Source: Neodothiora populina (Eukaryota). Taken from it: 64,000 bases of DNA. The notes beneath the pieces are model-generated. The model was not told where the DNA came from. It did no database searches and was given only the letters and a program-made list of their open reading frames with translations. The DNA lies in assembly GCF_041146345.1 (NCBI RefSeq), contig NW_027191402.1, positions 434,001-498,000 of the forward strand. Reading direction: 5' to 3'. Shown here in pieces: positions 51,635-64,000 of this stretch; position 1 is the first letter of the stretch; every line of letters starts with the position of its first letter. The position numbers and the translations under genes are program-made.

Positions 51635-53022
51635 ATGGTCAAGGAGACAAAGTACTACGAGACGCTCGGCTGTCCACCTGATGCCACCGAGGCACAACTG
51701 AAGACGGCTTATCGCAAGGGTGCTCTCAAGTGGCATCCCGGTACGTCAATCCCTTATCTGCTCGACTTTCGTACGGGCGCAGGACTAATATGGCGTCTGT
51801 CCAGACAAGAACGCACACAGTGAGGAGGCCGCAGACAAGTTCAAGGAACTCTCGCACGCCTACGAGGTTCTCTCCGATCCTCAAAAACGCCAATTATACG
51901 ATCAATATGGTGAGGAGGGTCTCGAGTCTGGTGGCGCTGGAGGTGGCATGGCTGCCGAAGATCTCTTTTCCCAGTTCTTCGGCGGTGGTGGTGGTTTCGG
52001 TGGCATGTTCGGCGGCGGCATGAGAGAGCAAGGACCGAAGAAGGCTCGCACCATCCACCACGTGCACAAGGTGTCCCTGGAGGACATCTACAAGGGCAAG
52101 GTGTCGAAACTTGCTCTGCAAAAGTCGGTCATCTGTTCCAAGTGCGAGGGTCGTGGAGGCAAGGAGGGTGCTGTCAAGACTTGCACAGGATGCAACGGTG
52201 CCGGTATGAAGACGATGATGCGCCAGATGGGCCCCATGATCCAGCGATTCCAGACTGTCTGCCCCGACTGCAACGGAGAGGGCGAGATCATCCGTGACAA
52301 GGACCGATGCAAGCAGTGCCACGGCAAGAAGACCATTGTCGAGCGCAAGGTCCTGCACGTGCACGTCGACAAGGGTGTCCAGAGCGGCACCAAGATCGAC
52401 TTCAGAGGAGAGGGCGATCAACTTCCTGGCGTCGAACCAGGTGATGTACAATTCGAGATCGAGCAAAAGCCCCATTCTCGCTTCCAGCGTAAGGGTGACG
52501 ATCTTTTCTACCACGCCGAGATCGATCTTCTGACCGCACTCGCCGGCGGCGCCATCTACATTGAGCATCTCGACGACAGATGGCTTACCGTGGAGATCGT
52601 GCCCGGCGAGGTCATTGCTCCAGGTAATTATACATCGATCATTCTGCTTGCGTCTTGTTTCTATAATGCTGACACATCCTTCAGGTGAGATCAAGGTCAT
52701 CAGAGGGCAGGGTATGCCATCGTACAGACACCACGATTTCGGTAACCTCTATGTGCAATTCGACGTCAAGTTCCCCGAGAAGTTGGGTGGTCCAGAGGGC
52801 GAGCCCATGTCAGAGGAGCAACAAAAGGCTCTCGAGAGCGTACTTCCCGCTCGCCAACCACAACACGTCCCTCCTCCAGACGCCATGACCGAAGACTTCT
52901 CACTCGAGAAGGTTGACGAGTCACGCGAGGCTTCGCGCGCACAACGTGCCGCTATGGGCGGTGATGATGACGATGATGAGATGCACGGCGGCGGCGAGAG
53001 AGTGCAATGCGCATCGCAGTAA
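51635..53022 (+). CDS. YDJ1: Class A DnaJ co-chaperone Ydj1/Mas5
   Basis: J domain with HP|D, G/F region, four CxxCxGxG-type repeats and C-terminal CaaX box CASQ; two introns. Confidence 0.96.
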
Positions 53023-53520
53023 AGACAGCCATGGTCTGAAATGCGATTTTGGGGATAGGGCGCAGGGTAGAGGGGATGTGCTGTGCTCTGACAATCAATG
53101 CATACCAAACTTTCTGGAATCGATTCGTGGATGTTTCGCGACTGGCTTCATCTGTGCTGTTCAATCACGATGAGCGGCAGCAGAACTACGTTACGATAGA
53201 ATGCGTTTTATATACGTCGAAATGCTTCTTCGGCAATGCAAAAGGGTTGGGGCGTTCGGCGTGGAAGATTTTGACGGCGATTGGAAGGGATGCATTGCTA
53301 TACAGTAGTGGAGCCAGCCGAATTTCATATTATCATGATACCTTTTGACATGTCAAGATTCTGTCCGTCCCGTTCACCAAAGTCCACGGCTTCGAACCAT
53401 TTCATAGATTTCTTATCTCGGTCCAACTCTATGACTCAGTTAAATAAACAAGACAAGCGCCCCGCCCAACTGTTTCCCCAATTATAGTAGAACTTACCTT
53501 ACAGACTCGCAAAAAGGAAA

Positions 53521-54723
53521 ATGACAATCCACGAGATCCCACTAGACAAAATCCAACATGTCATCGAAGCACTCCGACCTCACGTGCCGACATGCATACC
53601 GCTGTACAGAAGACTGCAGTTCTCGCACTTCACCACAACCTCCCATCTACTTTCTTCCGTGAGCCTCGAAGATCTGCTGCAACGCCAGTCCATCAATAGC
53701 ACCAACAGCCACAGCGAGGCAAAAGAGGAGCCATGGCTAGTGGCGTACGTGGACCGGTCAAAGCGTCCGGAGACGGAAGTCTGGACGTATGGATCTTGGG
53801 AGAACGACGAGATCAACAATAGCGACAAAGAAGATACTGATGATGGCTCCGATGCTATGGAAAAAGCACAGCGTCTCATCCGCGCACTCGTCGCTGAAGT
53901 TCGCGGAATAGGTCTACCCACTGACACGTCTACTACTACTCCTCTCGCCTCCGCCGCTGGTCAGGTTCAGAAGCAGAGTCTGAGCAGAGACAGCGCGACG
54001 AACGTCCAACGAGGCGAGTACGAAGGCCACCTGTCGAATCCGAATATCGTGCTGTTCGGAGCGCTGCACGAGCGGACGGTGCGCTTGATGGGTCAGTTAG
54101 GGATTTTGTCACGCGAGTTCGTGGGCGCGGAGATTCCGTATCGGAAGTATTTTTTCGATGTTGGGTAGGTTGTTTCTCCTTTCTTTGCTCTCTCTCTCTC
54201 TCTCTCTGACTTGTCTACTTTTGGCGGGATGGAGGGGGGTGATCATGACTATGAGGATGTTTCTGCTCACGAGGTGATTTTTAGCCAGATCAAGTCGCGG
54301 GCTGCGGCATTGGCGCTTCCTACTGGATTACATTGGGGTCCTGTGCAGTCTTCTCATTACGCTCTCGTGAGGTCGCGTACGGCGATCCCTCGCCAGGATG
54401 TCACGCTGCGCCAATTGCCCAGTCTCGCTATATTCCCTGCAGATGGGCATGACCCCGTTGCTTGGAGCTTTCTGGGGCCTGATGCCAGTTTGTCTTCGCT
54501 ACATGTTGAGCCGGAGTATCGGGGCAAGGGATTGGCGAAGTTGCTTGCTGACAAACTCTTTGTTGATGAGACGGCCTTCTTTTCCGGTGAGCAGGGTACT
54601 GACGCTGACCGTTGGGCTCATGCGGACGTTGCGAATGATAATGTTCCGAGTAATGGGGTGTGCAAGGCACTGGGTGGACAATGGTCCTTTCACGTTTACT
54701 GGGTGCGAATTGATGTGGGATGA
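53521..54723 (+). CDS. GNAT (FR47-like) acetyltransferase
   Basis: SLSSLHVEPEYRGKGLAKLL acetyl-CoA motif, VRSRTAIPR and ADVANDNVPSNGVCKALGG; one intron containing a (CT)n run. Confidence 0.8.
54188..54207. repeat. (CT)10 microsatellite inside the GNAT intron
   Basis: Perfect dinucleotide run. Confidence 0.9.
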
Positions 54724-55140
54724 ACTTCTTTGATTCAGTAGACACTCGATAGAGCAGCTAGACTAGACTAAGAACGCTTCACGGCACGAGAGGTACAATA
54801 TCATGGCCACGTTACAAGTAAACCTGTTCTTCAAAGACAAAAGTCAGCACGTGAATGTGTCCATGTACGATGAATTGATGATGAGAATGTAAAAGGCAAA
54901 GTCATGAAAAAATTAGAGTGTTGTTGTTGCTTTTAATCTTCATTGAAGATCTCGGGGTTAAAAATGTTTAATCATTCGCGAGGAGATGCAAAGGAAGAGC
55001 AGTGACTGACCTATTGGTTCATGCAGCGAGTCGATTGACATCAACATCACATTGCACACTGGATCAAAGCACATTGTATCGGAAAGGCGTTGGCATCGAA
55101 TTCGAGCACTATATTATAGGCTATATGGTTCGAAGTGCGC

Positions 55141-56207
55141 TTAGTCGAAAAGACCGAAGCCCATGTCATCATCTGTAGGTCAAGTCAGTTATTGGATCCA
55201 ATGCAAAAAGAACATGTCAAAACTTACCCTCTTCCTCCTCCTCTTCCTCCTTCTTCTCCTCGGCGGCAGGGGCGTCAGAAGCACCACCGGCGGCGGCGGC
55301 GCCGGCAGCAGGAGCAGCGGAGGCGTACTTGTCAGGGTTGGCAATACGGTCCTTGAGCTCGGAGATGGCCTCCCACTCGTACTCGGTCTCGATGGCGACA
55401 GAGATGAGGTTCTTGTAGCTGTTGACAACCGAGTGCATGACGGAGGGAAGGGTGGGGTAACCAGTGGCCAGGGAGATGGTGGCAATGGTGGTGATGGCAG
55501 AGCTGAAAGCCTTGAGGAGCTGGCTCTCCTCGATGTCGAGGACATCACTGGCAAAAGTCTGACCCTGATCGTAGATCTGGGTGATGCTCATACCGTAGGT
55601 GAAGGGAGAGATGTTCAACAAGTTGAGCAGGACGGCCTCGGAGGCACCGACCTTGTTACCAGCCTCAATGAGCTTGAGGTCGGTGGTAATTTCAATGGTA
55701 CCACGGGCAATCTTGGTGGGGACACCGAGAGCCTGGAAGAAAGAGGTCTTTCCGGGTTCCATGCCAGTGTTTCCGGCAGGGATGTACACATCGAGAGGAG
55801 CGACGGCACCAGCACGGGCAGGGGCAGCGACACGGTTGGAGAGAATCTTCTCGCGGGTCTCCTTGAGATCGCCGTTGGTGAAGACGAAACCGACGTTGCC
55901 TGGGGGTTGCGCAAGTCAGCATTTTTTTCTTCGGTTCGAAGATGATGATGATTCCCAGCTTACCTCTGACGTGAGGAAGGAGACGCTCGTACTCGGGGTT
56001 CTCGGCAACGAAACCCTTGAGAGCACGGCGGACCATGGTGTTCTTTCCCATCAGGACGACACCATCTCCACGGAGGGAGTGTCTGATCTCGTGCATCTGC
56101 TGAGAAGAGACATTGTCGACACCGACGATGAAGACGGACTTGTACTCCTCAAGGAGAGCCTTGAGCTTGTCGAAGTAGACGGCCTTGGTTGCTGACTTGC
56201 CCCCCAT
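55141..56207 (-). CDS. RPP0: 60S acidic ribosomal protein P0 (uL10)
   Basis: [45 protein letters not shown] and acidic tail ending [10 protein letters not shown]; two introns. Confidence 0.97.
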
Positions 56208-56611
56208 ATCTGCGATCTGTTTGTCGAGCTTAGGGATGTTTCAGGCAAGTTCGAAGTGGATGATGTTGATGGAAGAAGTTGGATGTGCAGAAATCTTTTG
56301 GCCAAAGGTACGGTACAATCAATCCACGTCGCTTAATCCCAGTCCATTTTTGCCTTAATCCGGGGTATTTTGCGACTGTGTGCAGCAGCGGCTGTAAGGC
56401 TTGGCAGCTTTGTGTCCATCCTTCGCTTAGCCAGACTCTAGGGCAGGGCGGATTGTTTCCGAGAGGCTTCGACTGCCCTGACTGCGATTAGGTCATATGT
56501 GTTGGCCATGGACTTTTCTTTAATGCTCTTCCATGGTCACTGAGACATGCTGTCGCATCGATTCCTGTTCTCGCAAACATATCTTTGCAATATATATCGC
56601 CAGTCTGACGA

Positions 56612-58227
56612 ATGGCGCATCCATACCAGATTGTCCGCACCTGCAAGGTCTCCGAGTCCACTGGTTCGGGGTTTCTGCTAGCAGCATGCGGTCCGAAGAT
56701 CATCTCAGTAAAAGTGCAAGATGGCTCTGTGATCTCTCAATGGCCGCTGGAGGATGATTCTAGCGATGTGAGACCAAGTCCAAGGTCCTCTACAGCGTTC
56801 GTTTTGCGGGCTGACTGAGGACCTTTAGCCGTAATCTTGTGAAGTAGGGCTGAGAAAGATACTCCAGATTACAACTCAGCATACCGATGACAACGAGGGT
56901 CCGCCCGGCAAGAAGAGAAAGGTGGAAAAGGCTTCCGATGCCTCTCCCACTATCATCAAGCTAGTCGTCTCCCCTGACCAACATTATGCAGTCGCTGTGA
57001 CCGGAGAGGACAAGTGCATCAGGGTCTTCGCAGTAGCAGAAAACGGCACCCTTGAAGAATTGAGCCAAAGGTACGATGTTCTGAACAATGTGAGGCTACA
57101 GCACCACTAATGCCATTCAGATGTATGCCTAAACGCCCATGTGCTATACTTGTCACACCAGACAATCAGGACATCCTATGTGGCGACAAGTTTGGAGACG
57201 TCTATTCTTTGCCACTCTTACTAGAGCCTTCGGATACAGAGATGATAATTGACGAAGCGCCCAAAGAGGATGGAGAAGCTACCCCTGCGAAGGCCTACGT
57301 TCCCACGGCATCTAATCTCACCGTGCACACAGCCCGTAATCGTCGAGCATTAGAGAATCAGCGCAAACAGAAAGACTTGCGTGCCAAGTCAAAGGAGCCG
57401 CTCAAATTCAAGCATCAATTACTGCTTGGACATGTTTCTATGCTGACAGACGTGCAATATGCCACGCAGGTTCTCAATGGACAGCAACGCAATCACATCA
57501 TTACTGCCGATCGAGATGAACACATCCGGGTCTCAAGAGCAGCACCTCAAGCGCATATCATTGAGCGCTACTGTCTAGGACATACTGAGTTCATCAGTAA
57601 ATTATGTCTGATGCCCGAGTCCGATGTCCTGGTTAGCGGAGGAGGCGACGATTGGCTGGGTATCTGGAATTGGGTCACTGGCGAGCTTCTGGGGAAGTGC
57701 GACATCAAAACGGCACTTCAGAGGTTCTTGAAGCCATCGGATCAAGATGAGAGTGCTAACAACAACATTGCGGTGTCTGGCCTGTGGGCCGTACCTAAAT
57801 CGAGTGACAGGCAGGCGGTGCTTCTTGCTGCGTCCGAAAAGATCCCTGCTATAGCAGTGATTCCAATGGCTACGCTCAACTCTACCTCTCCCGTAGCCAC
57901 TGCTGTTGAGCTTCCGGGAAATGCATTAGACGTGACAGTCGTGGGATCCACCATCATTGTGTCTCTGGATCCATCCGAGGTATTCATACTCTACGTTTGC
58001 TGGCAAGATATTCCACTCACACCTTTCAGACTTCCGGCACGCGATTGCAAGCTTACAACATCCACATCGATGGCGATCAGCCTTTATTGATGGCAGACGA
58101 CGAGATCAGCGCTCGTCTTCAAGCGGTCAACAAGATGGATGCTCCCTTTATACCAGAGGCTCATGTGCTTTACGGTGTCGAGCAAATGCGAAAGCGGGGC
58201 AATGACGAGACGCAAGAAGCGTCTTAG
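56612..58227 (+). CDS. TRM82: tRNA m7G46 methyltransferase non-catalytic WD40 subunit
   Basis: MAHPYQ start; VTGEDKCIRVF, MPKRPC, GDKFGDVY, LLGHVSMLTD, ADRDEHIRVS and CLGHTEFIS; several introns. Confidence 0.9.
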
Positions 58228-58732
58228 ATCATATGTTAATTATGTAGACAATTATTGCGAGGCACTGTGTAGCCCGACCAGTCAACTTCTCCACTACAAT
58301 TGTAGGGAGTCTAGAACTTATGAAACTCGGAGTATACTGTACTTGTGACAAGCAGGATTGGTCATCTTGGCTGTCGTCGTCCCTCGGCCCGCATCTCTAG
58401 TACAAGGACCCCTTGAACCGATATCGTACAGGGATGGCCTCGGCTTCTCAATGTTTTATCGCAAGAAACTGTAGAAGTATTCGTCTTGCATGAAAACAAG
58501 ATTATATTGCACTGCAGCCATTACAAAGCGAAAGCTTGTAGACTAAGTTGCCTAATCATGTATGGGAGTCACAATTTGTCAGTGGGGTACAACCAATCGT
58601 ACAATAAAATAATGAGACGCCTCTTTGTTCGCAACGATTACTTACTTAAGCGTCCACTCGCGTGTTCGAGAAGCGTTAGGCCGACGATAGCAAAACTTCC
58701 ATCGAATTTCTTCGTAATTGACTATACAATAA

Positions 58733-60079
<1,347 letters not shown>

Positions 60080-60671
60080 ATTACGATCGATTAGCATATC
60101 TTGCGCTATATTGCCATAGCTATACATTAGAAGCACGACGAGACGATAGACGCCCCGCCAGCTTGAGTTTTTAGATAGAGGATCCATCAGACTTTGTACA
60201 TAATCCACAACAGCGTTGTCGAAGCATCCCACTCATGGCATTCCTTTCGTGATGCATACATGCTTTGAGAAATAGTAACTTTGTCGTTGTAGCATTCCAT
60301 CCCTGGCCTTCCATTCATAATGTGTACGAACTCTAAGATACAGGAAGTGTATCAGGCACACGTCGAAGGACTACGCGGGAATGTGCTATGCACTTTGTGC
60401 CACCGCCACCGCCAGAGCAGGACCATGACATCGAGTCAGCATTATGACAGTTTCTCCCAGCTAGACACTGTCGGTCTAGTAACAACGGGGTAACCTCGCT
60501 CGTGCTTCACACGCAAGCAGGAAATAGAAGTTGCTGATGCGTAGCACAGTACCTCCTCCGGTCAATTGGCAATTCTACGGCCGTAAGAGAATCCCCTGAG
60601 ACTTCATGTTGTCCGCAATTCTCTGCTCCCAGCATGTCCAGGGTCGGCATGTCTGGGATTCGAAGCACATC

Positions 60672-61401
60672 TCAGGTATCCAGCAATGCCAATGCAGCCT
60701 GGAAGGCACCGACGACTTTGACGTCTGTAAATATAGATTAGCAAAGACTGATTCTCACGAACACGATCTGATGGGGCAATGCTACAATGTGCTCTGCGTT
60801 CTTCCAGAACAGCCTCTTCGTGCTGTACATAGGTAGACTGAGTTTTGATGCTATCGTATGGTTCAGTTCGACCTATTCTAGAGCGGATCACGTGTCTTCC
60901 TTGCATACCGTTTGAAACTACGATCCACTTCGCGAGTACTAGAGGTTTCGGCCCAGATCGTGAAGAACTAGAATTGGCTTAGATTGGTCTTTACAGCAGA
61001 AATAATTCTGGCTTTACCTGGCATAGTGCTTGGAAGTCTGTGGCAAGTTGCTGCTCTTGATCGTTCTTTTCTTTCACCATATCATGGTAAGACTCATCCA
61101 AACGAGCCCAGTCATAAGGGGACAGTGGTTGATCTGGGGCCTCGATTGTACTGCTCTCATCACCTTCTTTCAAATATGAGTCAATCCGTGATGAAGTTGC
61201 AACATTAGATTCTTCGTTATTAATGCTTTCATCATCGGAAATGTGGTTTATAGTTTCTGTAGAAGCCTCTTTCGTTAATCTTCTGGACTCGTGGTTTGCT
61301 TCAAGGTTGTCCTGGGCAAGTTCACTCGATTCACTATGGTCCGACTTGTCGTGCAGATCTTCGGTCATCACACGGCTCCGCTCCTCGGCTTCATTCATCA
61401 T
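60672..61401 (-). CDS. Conserved fungal hypothetical protein (acidic N-terminus, helical C-terminus)
   Basis: Spliced product ...PLSPYDWARLDESYH..FQALCQ|FFTIWAETSSTREVDRSFKR|IKTQSTYVQHEE..RAH|YVKVVGAFQAALALLDT. Three introns keep the frame open; the start codon is uncertain. Confidence 0.7.
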
Positions 61402-61831
61402 TAACCACACGATAACTTGTTGAAAGCAGTCGTTGTCAAGTCCAGGTGGGCTAAAGTGGTGTTGCGGCGCGTACTATTCATGCTTGTCGATAGGCGAGGC
61501 GTTTCAGGCCTTGGCATATGACGACGACTCCTGAATCATGTTTACTTGCCGCCGGTTTCATGCTTCACCTACCATCGACCACCACAATATATTGTATTGC
61601 GTATGACTGACCAGTCTATCAAGTTCGCTGCAGGCAGCATCGCAGACAGACACACCCATCCAGCAAGATCAGCCCATGCACAAATTCTTATATGACGGAC
61701 TAGTTCGGAACAAGCATGCCAGTAGGACCTGTGATCTAGTTACCTGACCAAAGCCGCCTGAGCTGTACCGAAGAGGTCATGATTCATCCGCGTTCTCTTA
61801 TATCTTGTCTGTCTAGAACCCTGCCTCAAAA

Positions 61832-63387
61832 ATGGAGTGCAGTATCTGTTCAACCTCATTCTCCTCGCGTGGGCAGCCGACATGCGCATCTTGTGCCCGA
61901 GCATTCTTATATCAAGCCCGACTGAACCATCTTATCGATCTTGTGGCAAAAGAAGGCTGCGAAAGGGACGTTAGTACTGTCATCAAGCCACCATCTCAGA
62001 TTCCTGCAGAATCCTTGACCGCTCGTTTTGAGCTTGCTGATGGTGCCATCAAACAACAACATGTGAGAATACTCAATGAGATCGATGCGGTCCAAGATCG
62101 GCATGTGAGAATCGAGCATCAGATAAAGCGACTGAAGCACCAGATTGAGGAGGCGCGAACTGAGAGGGAATCTCGTAAATCCGCCCTTGAGAAATCTCGC
62201 TCTGAGCTAGCATCGCAAATGGAGCAATTCGACTCTCGCTGTCCTCAAGTCCTTGGGCCTTTACAGGCCAACATTAAGCATTTGCATAGAAAACTAGACA
62301 AGATCCACTTCAGGACGCGTGAGGGCAGAGTCAAGTTATGTCAAGAGACAGCTCGTCTCGCAGGCCTTCGACAACGCAGACAGAAGACGTCCGGTGGCCA
62401 AGTGATTGAAGAATACTCGATAGGGGGCGTACAGATCCCCGACTTGCGACGTTTACACAGTGAGCAATTCTCAGGGTATTTACTACTGCTATCATCATAT
62501 ATACTGACATTCTCACAGCTGCTAGACCAGAACAAATCACAGCTGCCCTGGCCAATACGTGTCGTCTCCTCAGCACGACATGTCACTATCTCTCTGTGCG
62601 GCTGCCAGCCGAAATCACACAAGCGCACGCAAACTACCCCCATCCAACAATTTTCTCGATACAGTCATCGTACCAGGGCTTCACACTACAATTCCCGGGA
62701 TCCGCCATCGCGCCGCCTGCCAGCAGCAGCGGCGGCAGCCCCACTAACTCACAACTTCTAGAGCATCGCTCACTGCCCAAGCTCCGCCTGCTCCATCTCG
62801 ACAAGCCCCTGATCCGGCTCGCGAGAGAGGACACGACAAGCTACAAGCTCTTCGTCGAGGGCGTCGCTCTCCTCGCATGGGACGTCGCCTGGCTGTGCCG
62901 GACCCAAGGCCTCAGCTCCGTCAACTCATGGGACGAAGTCTGCAACCTGGGCAAGAACCTCTGCCTGCTCTTCCGCTCGCACGCAGCAGCCAGCGATCAG
63001 CGAGCAGCGCAGCGAGCAGCGGGCCCTGACCGCGCCTCATCACTTGTTGCTCCTACGGCATTCGGAGAAATGTCCCATGCCGGCATCGTCGGTAATATAG
63101 AAGGCCCTGCGGGCATCGCCGTCATGCGCAGCTGGAGACTCTCGTCTCCTCACCGTGTCATCGACAAGCTCAAGTCTCATCTTCTTGCCGAGATGTCTGG
63201 CGCCGAGTGGGAATTGATTGCCGAGTCAGAGTGGGATGTTGAACGCGAGGATGAGAGAGCGGTCATGGTCGGTGGTATTCGTCCGGGTGATGTTGATGAC
63301 TCGGGCGCTGCTGTGAGGAGTGATGAGAGCAAGGCTGTCAGTGGCTGGACAAAGTTGAAGAGTCGGGGGACGGATGCAATTTTATGA
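61832..63387 (+). CDS. ATG14: Atg14/Vps38 (UVRAG-like) PI3-kinase complex subunit
   Basis: N-terminal CxxC..CxxC, long coiled coil, YSIGGVQIPDLR, HYLSVRLPAEI and FVEGVALLAWDVAWLCRTQG; one intron near 62460-62518. Confidence 0.78.
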
Positions 63388-63615
63388 CCTATCACGAAAA
63401 CAATATTCATGAAAGAAGCTGTGTGTAGTTCTTAGCTTAGAATACATTGAGACGAAGAGCCTCGACGCTCTCTCGTCGGGGTTCTAGCTACACGCTCTAA
63501 TGGCTTTTTTTAAGCAAGACCAAGTTGCCACATAGATTGGACTGATCATTAAGTCATATGCAACATACATCCCCTGTCTCGCCTACTATAGTTCTCGCAG
63601 TTGTTCTCTCTGCAT

Positions 63616-64000
63616 CTAGAGGAATTTGCTCGCCAAAGACATGAGACCACCGCCAGAGCCTCCACTGCTGCCGCCCATCTCGGACTTCATGAACATCTTC
63701 AGGGCCATCTGAGCCGCAGTGCTGACCGCATCCTGCTTGTTGGCGCCTGACGAGACATTGCCCGATGCGCTCTGCTGGTCGAACAGCTTTGCTGCTTGGG
63801 ACATTGCCATGCCCAAGAACTCGTTCTGGGATGAGCCGCCCGATGAGCCGCCTGATGAGCCACCCTTGCCTCCGGTGAACATCTTCAAGGCCTGCATGGC
63901 GGCGGCACTATTTGATGGTGGGAGTAGTTAGTATAGCTGTTAAAGTTGCACTTTCGCTTAGAAGTGGTAGAGGGGTAATGGCTTACCTTCCCATGTCACC
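63616..64000 (-). CDS. Gly/Ser-rich conserved fungal protein ('beta-flanking protein'-like), 3' part only
   Basis: AAAMQALKMFTGG..QNEFLGMAMSQAAKLFDQQ..AAQMALKMFMKS..LMSLASKFL. An intron and more coding sequence run off the window edge. Confidence 0.7.

Overview
Gene-dense, intron-rich DNA from a filamentous ascomycete (Pezizomycotina; Dothideomycete-like by my reading, not verified). It holds about 33 protein-coding loci, mostly housekeeping: CK2 alpha (partial), ValRS, TFIIS, ERV46, RCL1, a Gly-rich RRM protein, IPP1, MRPL44, SEC20, a DAL81/TamA-type Zn2Cys6 factor, an RTC4-like protein, TMEM14, OST2, ARO8, ADK2, MDM38, PTC7, MSH1, HEM12, FCY1, YDJ1, a GNAT, RPP0, TRM82, TRR1, ATG14 and several conserved hypotheticals. 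Gene models were spliced by hand using GT..AG and CTRAC branch motifs, and family calls come from recognised motifs, not database searches. I found no tRNA, rRNA, CRISPR array or intact transposon. The most interesting signal is hidden N-terminal coding. ValRS and thioredoxin reductase each have an AUG-less, stop-free, acid-free, Arg/Ser-rich in-frame extension that opens at a GTG in good context and reads like a mitochondrial presequence. IPP1 has a similar extension from an upstream AUG. Also notable: three Gcn4/CpcA-type sites before ValRS, a pseudogene with four lesions at 18.3-20.2 kb, a broken frame in the essential OST2 gene (probably a C-homopolymer error), a GAG 3' splice site, and a possible structured RNA near 6.0-6.3 kb. 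I cannot show a wholly new biological system from sequence alone.
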